This document shows positions 28,361 through 35,021 of a DNA stretch of 64,000 nt, one piece after another. The translations under genes and the position numbers were made by a program. Each line of letters opens with the position of its first letter. The first letter of the stretch is position 1. The stretch comes from Gammaproteobacteria bacterium (GTDB lineage Bacteria; Pseudomonadota; Gammaproteobacteria; JABDGN01). Below the pieces are notes generated by a model. The model had not been told where the DNA came from. It saw only the letters and a list, made by a program, of their open reading frames with translations, and ran no database searches. The stretch lies in assembly GCA_013285995.1 (NCBI GenBank), contig JABDGN010000002.1, forward strand, positions 10,717-74,716, in the 5' to 3' direction.

Positions 28361-28519
28361 GTATCCCCACAGAGGATACTTTAAGCGATTTAAAAGGATA
28401 TGTCAAATCCTTTTTGAGGATATTTAACGCCCTATTTGTCAGACATTAACTACTCTTAACGGATATTAATGCAAATATATTGACATAACGCAGGATACGT
28501 GTATACTCCGAAAGGATAC
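28361..28519. promoter_or_regulatory. operator array: RTATCC-N7-GGATAC palindrome plus five further phased GGATAY half-sites
   Basis: GTATCC at 28361 and GGATAC at 28374 are separated by 7 nt. Further GGATAY sites lie at 28396, 28418, 28461, 28493 and 28514. Successive site spacings are 22, 22, 43, 32 and 21 nt, so most sites are about two helical turns apart. Confidence 0.5.
28480..28507 (+). promoter_or_regulatory. sigma70-like promoter of repressor gene
   Basis: TTGACA (28480-85), 16-nt spacer, TATACT (28502-07). One GGATAC half-site lies in the spacer and another just downstream. Confidence 0.5.
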
Positions 28520-28538
28520 AAGAGAGGAACAAATAATT

Positions 28539-29201
28539 ATGAAGAAAACTCATCCGCAAAAAGGCCACAAACAAATTTTTGGTGAACGTCTTGCCGATAT
28601 AATGCAAAAAAAAGGTTATGTTTCTAAACGTAGTGGTACAAGTGGTGCTGATGCTGCTGCATTACGCGATGCTTTAAATATTTCTTATTCTATGGCGCAC
28701 CGATATGTAAATGGTGATGCGTTACCTGATAAAGAAATGATTGCAGCGATTGCTAACTGGTTGGAAGTTGAGCCAAGTTGGTTAGAGTATGGTTTGGAAA
28801 CTACACAAGCCATTTATCCTGTCCCAATATTAAAGTGGGATGCTAATATTTTTTTAGATAATAAAGCTTGGCAAAAAGCCTATGAAGACGCTGAACAACA
28901 TGTGCGTTTACATGTACCCGCCAAACCAGATTATTTTGCGTTGGTATTGGAAGATAATGCGTGGGCACCTATGTTTAAGAAGGGAACGCGGGTTATGTTT
29001 GATCGCGGGCAGAAACCAGAATCAGATGATCTGGCGCTGATTCTTGAGCCGGGAAAATCACCGACATTTGGCATTTTAATAAAACGTTTGGATCGATTTT
29101 ATATTCGTGGGCTTGAAGAAAAAATTGCGCCACGAGAACTCGATCCTAAAACACTTTTAATCGGTAAATTTATTACAGCTGATCTTATGATAAGCACGTA
29201 A
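28539..29201 (+). CDS. CI/LexA-like repressor (HTH plus S24 peptidase-like C-terminal domain)
   Basis: N-terminal HTH region (IFGERLADIMQKKGYVSKRSG...). The C-terminal domain has the KKGTRVMFDRGQKPESDDLALIL pattern typical of the S24/CI fold. Confidence 0.8.
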   Translation: MKKTHPQKGHKQIFGERLADIMQKKGYVSKRSGTSGADAAALRDALNISYSMAHRYVNGDALPDKEMIAAIANWLEVEPSWLEYGLETTQAIYPVPILKWDANIFLDNKAWQKAYEDAEQHVRLHVPAKPDYFALVLEDNAWAPMFKKGTRVMFDRGQKPESDDLALILEPGKSPTFGILIKRLDRFYIRGLEEKIAPRELDPKTLLIGKFITADLMIST

Positions 29202-29381
29202 GAATTTTTGATCATCCTCTGATAAATTTTCCATCAAATCAGATCGATTGAGCAAATCATTTAATAGGCAAACTAAAAATTGATCAGGAGATTTATCTTC
29301 AGCCATTTTTAGCAAAACTTCCGATATGCCGTTTATGGTGCTAACGCGAGCTACCACTAGTGATTGTTTAATATTGTTCAT
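29157..29381 (-). CDS. hypothetical small protein (74 aa)
   Basis: An ORF only. Its 3' end overlaps the repressor 3' end convergently by 45 nt. Confidence 0.35.
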   Translation of the reverse strand: MNNIKQSLVVARVSTINGISEVLLKMAEDKSPDQFLVCLLNDLLNRSDLMENLSEDDQKFLRAYHKISCNKFTD

Positions 29382-29635
29382 GATGACGGCCTCTTATTAG
29401 AATTTTTTAAATATGTAAAAGCTGCAACGTGGTAATCCAAATTATTTTTATTAGTCTCCCTGAATGCTTCAAATAACATTTCATAAATAATTTTATCATT
29501 TAAAATATTTAAATCAAGTTAAAAACGGGTGTTTTTTGATCGTCAAAAATTATTGTCAAATATGTTTTATTTTAATCTTTAAAGTTACCATAAAAGGCTT
29601 ATATAAAACTTTTTTGTGACAAATAAGATTAAATT

Positions 29636-29728
29636 GTAGCGCTATAGATATTTTTTATTGTGGTTAATATAGCGCTACTTTTATAAAATTTGAATAATAA
29701 AGATAATTTAATAATGCAAATTATCTTT
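29636..29728. repeat. two perfect 11-bp inverted repeats in ORF-free AT-rich spacer
   Basis: gtagcgctata (29636-46) pairs with tatagcgctac (29668-78). aaagataattt (29699-709) pairs with aaattatcttt (29718-28). Confidence 0.8.
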
Positions 29729-29738
29729 GATACTCTAA

Positions 29739-29930
29739 TCACAGCTCTCCATGGACATTCGCTTTAATAAAATTGTCGATGTCTTCCTGGCGATAGAACA
29801 CACGGCTACCTATTTTCACATATGGTATGGCATAACGCTTAGTGCTGCGCCATACAGCTAATGTTTCAGGTCTGACGTTTAGCAATTCACCGGCTTCTCT
29901 CACATTCAATAAATTTTTATTATTAATCAT
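29739..29930 (-). CDS. xis: AlpA/excisionase-family HTH protein
   Basis: 63 aa. LLNVREAGELLNVRPETLAVWRSTKRYAIPYVKIGSRVFYRQEDIDNFI matches the AlpA/Xis MerR-like HTH pattern. Confidence 0.85.
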   Translation of the reverse strand: MINNKNLLNVREAGELLNVRPETLAVWRSTKRYAIPYVKIGSRVFYRQEDIDNFIKANVHGEL

Positions 29931-30047
29931 TTTATTTTCCTCTTTATTATTAAGTACGGAAAATAATAATCTTTAATACAAGTTATTACGAGGAAACAAA
30001 AATAAATATTTTTTTCCGGTAGAAAATGTAATGAATTTTTTTCCTGG

Positions 30048-30773
30048 TTATTTATTTCTTATGGAGAGATTGGATCTAATTTGAGCTTGCAGAGGGATAA
30101 GGGCGCGAAACAAAATATCTTTAATCATAGGCCGTAAAGTTTTACGAATAGATTCCACATTCTTTTGATGGTCATCGAAAAACAAAACGTGAGAAAGCAA
30201 ACTATCTGTAATTTTAATGTCTTCTGTCATTTCGTATAACACCAAATCTAAAGCGGCCAATACTTTGTACTCTTTCCATTTATACATATCAGTTTCATTG
30301 AATGCTCGCCATGATTTTGAAGTTGGCTTTTTTTTACTGTGCCGTTTCAGAGAAAGCCATTGGCTAAGTTCATTAATAATGACTTCATCAGGAGCTGAAG
30401 AATTAATTGTCAAATTGATGATCTCATTTTGTTGAGACTGAAAAATAATTTTAACGCGTTCTGTAAATTCTGAATCAGACAAATGAAAAAGTGGGGATAA
30501 ATTAAGTTCTGTAACCGCAGATTCCGGCAACAATTCGTGATCTGAAGGTTTGCAAATTGGATTACGCCAAATTTTTTCAAGCTCTTGCCTATCCGTATCT
30601 GATTTCGACATAAAATAACGAGTATAGGCGCGATTGCGTACAATAAAATTGGTATACCAATCTAACAAATTAAAACCTTGAGTAGGCAAATAATTTTCAA
30701 GATTAAACCACGATGGCAATTGTTCGGCCTTGGTTATCTTGGTTAAACCACTGACTTTTTTTGATATTGACAT
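30048..30773 (-). CDS. hypothetical protein co-transcribed with integrase (241 aa)
   Basis: ORF 13 nt downstream of int. A truncated paralog lies at 47917-48075. Confidence 0.7.
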   Translation of the reverse strand: MSISKKVSGLTKITKAEQLPSWFNLENYLPTQGFNLLDWYTNFIVRNRAYTRYFMSKSDTDRQELEKIWRNPICKPSDHELLPESAVTELNLSPLFHLSDSEFTERVKIIFQSQQNEIINLTINSSAPDEVIINELSQWLSLKRHSKKKPTSKSWRAFNETDMYKWKEYKVLAALDLVLYEMTEDIKITDSLLSHVLFFDDHQKNVESIRKTLRPMIKDILFRALIPLQAQIRSNLSIRNK

Positions 30774-30786
30774 ATGTTGATCCTGG

Positions 30787-31959
30787 TTAATTACTTTTCT
30801 CTAAATATTTTCCCGCCTTAAATATTGCTTGCGTTGCTTTGTCCATTGCTTCCCTTACAGGATCAATATTAAGTCTGGCGTAAATTGCTGTTGCATTCAC
30901 ACTCTTATGTGCAAGTGTTTTCCCTATGATTGACAAACTAGCACCCGTAGCAGCTTGCCAACTTCCTAGAGAGCGTCGCAGATCATGAAGCCGTAAATTT
31001 TCAATGTTAGCTTTGTCTAATATACGTTTCCATGCTTTCTTAGGCTCCATTAAGTGTCCTGTTGCACCCGTACCAGGAAATACCCAAGGTGAATTTGATT
31101 CATTAGCTGCCTTTCGATTTTGCAGAATATTGATTGCTTCATCTAACAAGGGTATTAGATGGCTACTATTATTTTTAGTATCTGGAATTTGCCAAGTACC
31201 ATTTTCTAAGCTTATTTCATTCCACTGCATTGCCAACACGTTAGATTTTCTTGCGCCGGTGAGTAAACTTATCAGAATATAATCCCGTGCAATATCATTT
31301 GATTCTTCACTTACTGCCTGGAAAAAAAGCGGTAATTCTTCAGATTGAAGAAACCGTTCGCGTGATTTCTCCCGAAACTTTTTAACATATTGAGCAGGGT
31401 TGTCATGCTCCCAACCCCACTCACGGGCTTTGTTAAAAAGACCATGCAATAAAGCAAGTAAGCGGTTAGCAGCATACGTCCCATTTTTATCACCGACGGC
31501 GATATGTAATTTTTGTATATCAACTTTAGTAATGGCGGATAATTTCTTATTTGCCCATCTCGTTAAATAACGATTAAATTGAGCCTCATCCTCTTCCCAA
31601 CTTTTTTTATGTAATTTAGCATGCCTTTCCATATATTGAGCAAATATTTCCTCAAGAGTCACTTCTTCTTTGAAGCTGCGCTTTTCTTGGTTAGGGTTAA
31701 TATTTTCTGCAATTTTGGCATTCAGCAGATCAATCTTTTTTCTTGCCTGCTCAATGGTGGTTTGAGGGAAACGACCAAGCTTGATCCGTTCCGGCTTTCC
31801 ATTAATTTTACGATACAGTACAAACGTTTTCGTTCCGCCTGGACGCACCAATAATTTCAATCCAGCCTGCGTAGTATCATGATACGTTACTATGTCAGTG
31901 GGATGGTAGGGCAGGGCTTCTAACGTTCTCTTTATAAAGTTCATTTGGTTTTTTGACAT
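30787..31959 (-). CDS. int: tyrosine recombinase/integrase, P4-like
   Basis: 390 aa. The N-terminal arm-binding region reads TYHDTTQAGLKLLVRPGGTKTFVLYRKINGKPERIKLGRFP. C-terminal catalytic residues are present: LTGARKS, HDLRRS, LAHKS and IYARL. Confidence 0.92.
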   Translation of the reverse strand: MSKNQMNFIKRTLEALPYHPTDIVTYHDTTQAGLKLLVRPGGTKTFVLYRKINGKPERIKLGRFPQTTIEQARKKIDLLNAKIAENINPNQEKRSFKEEVTLEEIFAQYMERHAKLHKKSWEEDEAQFNRYLTRWANKKLSAITKVDIQKLHIAVGDKNGTYAANRLLALLHGLFNKAREWGWEHDNPAQYVKKFREKSRERFLQSEELPLFFQAVSEESNDIARDYILISLLTGARKSNVLAMQWNEISLENGTWQIPDTKNNSSHLIPLLDEAINILQNRKAANESNSPWVFPGTGATGHLMEPKKAWKRILDKANIENLRLHDLRRSLGSWQAATGASLSIIGKTLAHKSVNATAIYARLNIDPVREAMDKATQAIFKAGKYLEKSN

Positions 31960-32038
31960 GAAATGATATCCTCTCTAAAAAAAGCTACCTATGAGCTACC
32001 TTTGACATTAATTTCGAAGTATTATAATATATCCTTGT

Positions 32039-32057
32039 ATAGGATACAATATAAATA
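32039..32057. promoter_or_regulatory. operator-like palindrome ATATCC-N7-GGATAC upstream of int
   Basis: Same half-sites and the same 7-nt spacing as the palindrome at 28361-28379. It lies about 80-100 nt upstream of the int start codon. Confidence 0.45.
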
Positions 32058-32147
32058 ACTTACTGATTTATAAATGTTTATATATAGTCATTGTAGCGTG
32101 TTAATGAGGATAGATAGGTGGGCCTCGACATTTGTAATCAGCCGGTC

Positions 32148-32175
32148 GGGGGTTCGAATCCGTCCACCAGCTCCA
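32148..32175 (+). other. tRNA 3'-end-like sequence (T-arm plus acceptor plus CCA), probable att core of the ICE
   Basis: gggggTTCGAATccgtc-caccagc-t-cca reads as T-stem, T-loop, 3' acceptor strand and CCA, with one G-G mismatch in the stem. No matching 5' acceptor, D arm or anticodon arm is found upstream, so this is not a complete tRNA. Confidence 0.5.
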
Positions 32176-32480
32176 TTTAAAGCCTTTAAAATCAATAGAT
32201 TGCAAATAGTTCCATTTTGAGCCCTTCTTTAAATCTGATTAAAGGTTACTCTAGAGGTTACTTTGGTGGTTCTGCTGGACTAATTTAGCTAGAAGACTCA
32301 TGTCAATGAAATCAACACAGAAGATAACTACGCCCTACGTCGATTTTTTATCATTTCTATCCCTCTTAATATAATATAAAGTGGGTTGTGATTCCCACAC
32401 CAGAGTTTATTTATCATAATAGCTATTAAAATTCAAAAATTTTTAGAAAAACTCTATACAAAAAAATTTTATAAAAATCC

Positions 32481-32509
32481 TTTACCTAACTATAGACTTC
32501 GCCTATAAT
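32481..32509 (+). promoter_or_regulatory. sigma70-like promoter
   Basis: TTTACC (32481-86), 17-nt spacer, TATAAT (32504-09). Confidence 0.45.
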
Positions 32510-32515
32510 ACTTGT

Positions 32516-32577
32516 ACTACTTCCCCTACGACTCAAACCCGTAGGGCGCAGGGCCTCTTCGGAGGCCCTTGTTTTTT
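32516..32577 (+). ncRNA. candidate ~60-nt RNA: 7-bp hairpin plus GC-rich terminator hairpin
   Basis: ccctacg (32524-30) pairs with cgtaggg (32540-46). gggcctc-ttcg-gaggccc (32551-68) is followed by tttttt (32572-77). The NYN ATG follows at 32591 with no clear SD. Confidence 0.4.
32551..32577 (+). terminator. rho-independent terminator
   Basis: Perfect 7-bp GC stem, ttcg tetraloop and T6 run. Confidence 0.7.
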
Positions 32578-32590
32578 GTGAGCATATCCA

Positions 32591-33235
32591 ATGCAACAAC
32601 AACGTACTATTATTTATATTGATGGCTTTAACCTCTATTATGGCTGTCTAAAAAATTCTCCTTACAAATGGCTTGATCTAAAGAGCTTATTCAGAAAATT
32701 GCTCAATGAAACGCATCAAATTTGTAAGATAAAGTATTTCACAGCCAATATTTCCAGCCGTGAAAATAATAATGATTCTCGGCTAAGACAAAAAGACTAT
32801 CTACAGGCTATATCCAGCCACATCCCTGAGCTAGAAATTATCTACGGGCATTACTTGACCCATGAAGTTACTGCCAAGGTCGTTAACCCTAACAAAGGCA
32901 TACCACCTTTTATCAAAGTGTATAAAACTGAAGAAAAAGGTTCAGATGTAAATTTAGCATTGCACCTATTGAATGATGCTTGGCTCGATGCCTATGATTG
33001 CGCCGTCTTAGTATCAAACGACAGCGATATTGCTGAAGCATTGAATTTAGTAAAAATCCAGCACAAGAAAAATATCGGTTTAATATTTCCCAACACCGAT
33101 CCAAAACGCAAACCTTCCAGACAGCTTGTGCAGTACGCTGATTTCGTTAAGAACATTCGCCATGGAGTGTTAGCCAATTCGCAGTTGCCGGATCAAATTC
33201 CCAATACTATTATTGCAAAGCCAAAAGACTGGTAA
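32591..33235 (+). CDS. NYN (PIN-like) domain nuclease
   Basis: The N-terminus TIIYIDGFNLYYG and the later EEKGSDVNLALHLLNDA and VLVSNDSDIAEA supply the acidic residues typical of NYN/LabA-like domains. Confidence 0.75.
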   Translation: MQQQRTIIYIDGFNLYYGCLKNSPYKWLDLKSLFRKLLNETHQICKIKYFTANISSRENNNDSRLRQKDYLQAISSHIPELEIIYGHYLTHEVTAKVVNPNKGIPPFIKVYKTEEKGSDVNLALHLLNDAWLDAYDCAVLVSNDSDIAEALNLVKIQHKKNIGLIFPNTDPKRKPSRQLVQYADFVKNIRHGVLANSQLPDQIPNTIIAKPKDW

Positions 33236-33270
33236 TTTTTTCAATCTAAATAACTTAGGACGAGATTATT

Positions 33271-34734
33271 ATGGCAAGAAGTTTTATCAGCACTGTAAGA
33301 AAAATTTCCAGAGAGATGGATAGAGCATCTCGTGCAGTGGAAAGATCATCGCGCGCGCGTGACAAGCATGCTAAACAACAATATATTAATTCACGGATGA
33401 TAGAGGTCGATAGGGCAAACAATCGTGCTGAAGATTGTATATCGTTTTTAAATGAGCTTTTACTTGCTGCAATTGGAAAAGATATTAATTTCAATTTTGA
33501 TGCTTTCATTAAAGCCAGCGCCTTTGTGCCACAAAGTGCTCCGAATAGAGCTAACTTTCACCCTTACAAGCCTCACCCAAATAAGATAATCGCATGGATT
33601 CCTGGCATTAGAAAATTACACGCTACCAATTTAAAAAAAGCTGAGCAAAATTTTAATCGAAAATTAGAAGATTACAATAAAGCCGTTTTTTTGAGACAGG
33701 AAGCAATTGACTTTAAATCTAAATTTGAAGTTGGCGAACCAAAATCAGTTGAGCGGTATTTTCAATTAGTTTTATCGGCTAGTAAATTCCCCAAAGAATT
33801 TACACGAGCATCACAGATCAAATATATACCTGAGTCTAAACAGTTATTAGTAGAATATGAGTTACCAGAAATAAAGAATATTATTCCAACTGTTAAACGC
33901 TATAAGTATATTAAATCTTATGACAACGTAACGGAAACCATTTTTCCTGAAAATCAACGAAAAAAACTATATGACTCAGTAATAGGACAAACAATACTTC
34001 GCTGTTTATACGAGATGTTTGAAGCTGATTACAAAGATTACGTAGAATTAATAGTACTTAATGGTTGCGTGGATACCCTTGATAAAAGCACAGGTAAGCC
34101 AATCCGTCCTTGTTTAGTTACGGTTCGAGTAACAACGGAACAGTTCTTAAACCTTAATTTATCACATGTTGACTCACTTGATTGCCTGCGCGGTTTGAAT
34201 GCTTCCGTTTCAAGAAGCCTTGCTGAATTAATTCCTGTAAGACCTCTTCTTGAATTCAATATGCTTGATCCCCGTTTTATAGAAGAAAGCGACGTGCTGT
34301 CTACACTTGATCAACGACCTGATTTAATGAGTTTAACCCCAGCAGATTTTGAATCGTTAATTACTAATCTTTTTCAAGCAATGGGACTAGAAACCAAGCT
34401 CACACAAGCTTCGCGCGATGGAGGCGTAGACTGCGTAGCATATGATCCGAGACCTATTTTTGGTGGGAAAGTAGTGATCCAAGCTAAGCGCTATAAAAAC
34501 ACTGTTGGCGTTAGCGCTGTTCGTGATTTATTTGGGACAATGTTAAATGAAGGGGCTTCAAAAGGTATTCTGATAACCACCAGCGGTTATGGCAAAGCGG
34601 CATATGATTTTGCTAATGGAAAACCTATCGAACTTTTAAGCGGAAGTAATCTCCTTTATTTATTGAAAGAACATGCTGACCTGGATGCTAAAATTATAAT
34701 GCCAGACAATGCTAAAAAAATACCCGTGTATTAA
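33271..34734 (+). CDS. protein with C-terminal Mrr-cat type restriction endonuclease domain
   Basis: The C-terminus FESLITNLFQAMGLETKLTQASRDGGVDCVAYD...GKVVIQAKRYKNTVGVSAVRDLFGTM...GILITTSGYGKAAYDFA matches the Mrr_cat D-(D/E)xK pattern. The roughly 350-aa N-terminal region is unrecognised. Confidence 0.8.
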   Translation: MARSFISTVRKISREMDRASRAVERSSRARDKHAKQQYINSRMIEVDRANNRAEDCISFLNELLLAAIGKDINFNFDAFIKASAFVPQSAPNRANFHPYKPHPNKIIAWIPGIRKLHATNLKKAEQNFNRKLEDYNKAVFLRQEAIDFKSKFEVGEPKSVERYFQLVLSASKFPKEFTRASQIKYIPESKQLLVEYELPEIKNIIPTVKRYKYIKSYDNVTETIFPENQRKKLYDSVIGQTILRCLYEMFEADYKDYVELIVLNGCVDTLDKSTGKPIRPCLVTVRVTTEQFLNLNLSHVDSLDCLRGLNASVSRSLAELIPVRPLLEFNMLDPRFIEESDVLSTLDQRPDLMSLTPADFESLITNLFQAMGLETKLTQASRDGGVDCVAYDPRPIFGGKVVIQAKRYKNTVGVSAVRDLFGTMLNEGASKGILITTSGYGKAAYDFANGKPIELLSGSNLLYLLKEHADLDAKIIMPDNAKKIPVY

Positions 34735-34824
34735 GAAAATAGTTCAAAAATTATTTTACTTTCTACTTTAGAGATCACTGAAAAGTTTGGGATCCTCCTC
34801 TTTAAAGTTCATTATTACAACTTA

Positions 34825-34853
34825 TTGCATTGTTTTCATCATACTGTTAATAT
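34825..34853 (+). promoter_or_regulatory. sigma70-like promoter of RT leader
   Basis: TTGCAT (34825-30), 17-nt spacer, TAATAT (34848-53). Confidence 0.45.
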
Positions 34854-34859
34854 ATTCGT

Positions 34860-35021
34860 GTCTCTTGTGACCACCTTAATCGCGAGCACTCCAAGTGTAA
34901 GCGGCTCATGTGATGGTTGCTGCTGCGACGCGAAAGCAAACGCAGTCTTGGTCTCACAAAGACCGAGAGAAATGAAACAACACCTAGTGAGTAGAGTGAA
35001 CCACCAAGGGTTTTGCTAGAA
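34860..35021 (+). ncRNA. candidate RT-associated ncRNA / structured 5' leader
   Basis: A GC-enriched ~160-nt stretch between the predicted TSS and the RT ATG. Direct repeats GTGACCACC (34867-75) and GTGAACCACC (34996-35005) bound it. Local hairpins include ggtct-cacaa-agacc (34950-64). The two antisense 64-65-aa track ORFs here have no SD. Confidence 0.45.

Larger units (their letters stand above)
2564..32175. mobile_element. integrative conjugative element, PFGI-1/ICEclc/ICEHin1056 (MPF-G, GI-type T4SS) class; right end at tRNA-like att core, left end not identifiable in window
   Basis: Contiguous set of integrase, excisionase, CI-like repressor, TraD-like coupling protein, VirB4-like ATPase, TraG_N, RAQPRD-like protein, MOB-H-like relaxase-related protein and an lvr-like CsrA cassette. 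No second att copy was found by eye at the left side, so the left coordinate is a guess. Confidence 0.8.

Noticed and set aside
32100-32175. A complete tRNA, or a tmRNA 3' end, adjacent to the integrase.
   Set aside because: Only the last ~28 nt have tRNA character. No 5' acceptor strand, D arm or anticodon stem can be paired. A tmRNA reading needs a 3-nt insertion between the T-stem and acceptor and lacks the CCA. It is kept only as an att-core fragment.
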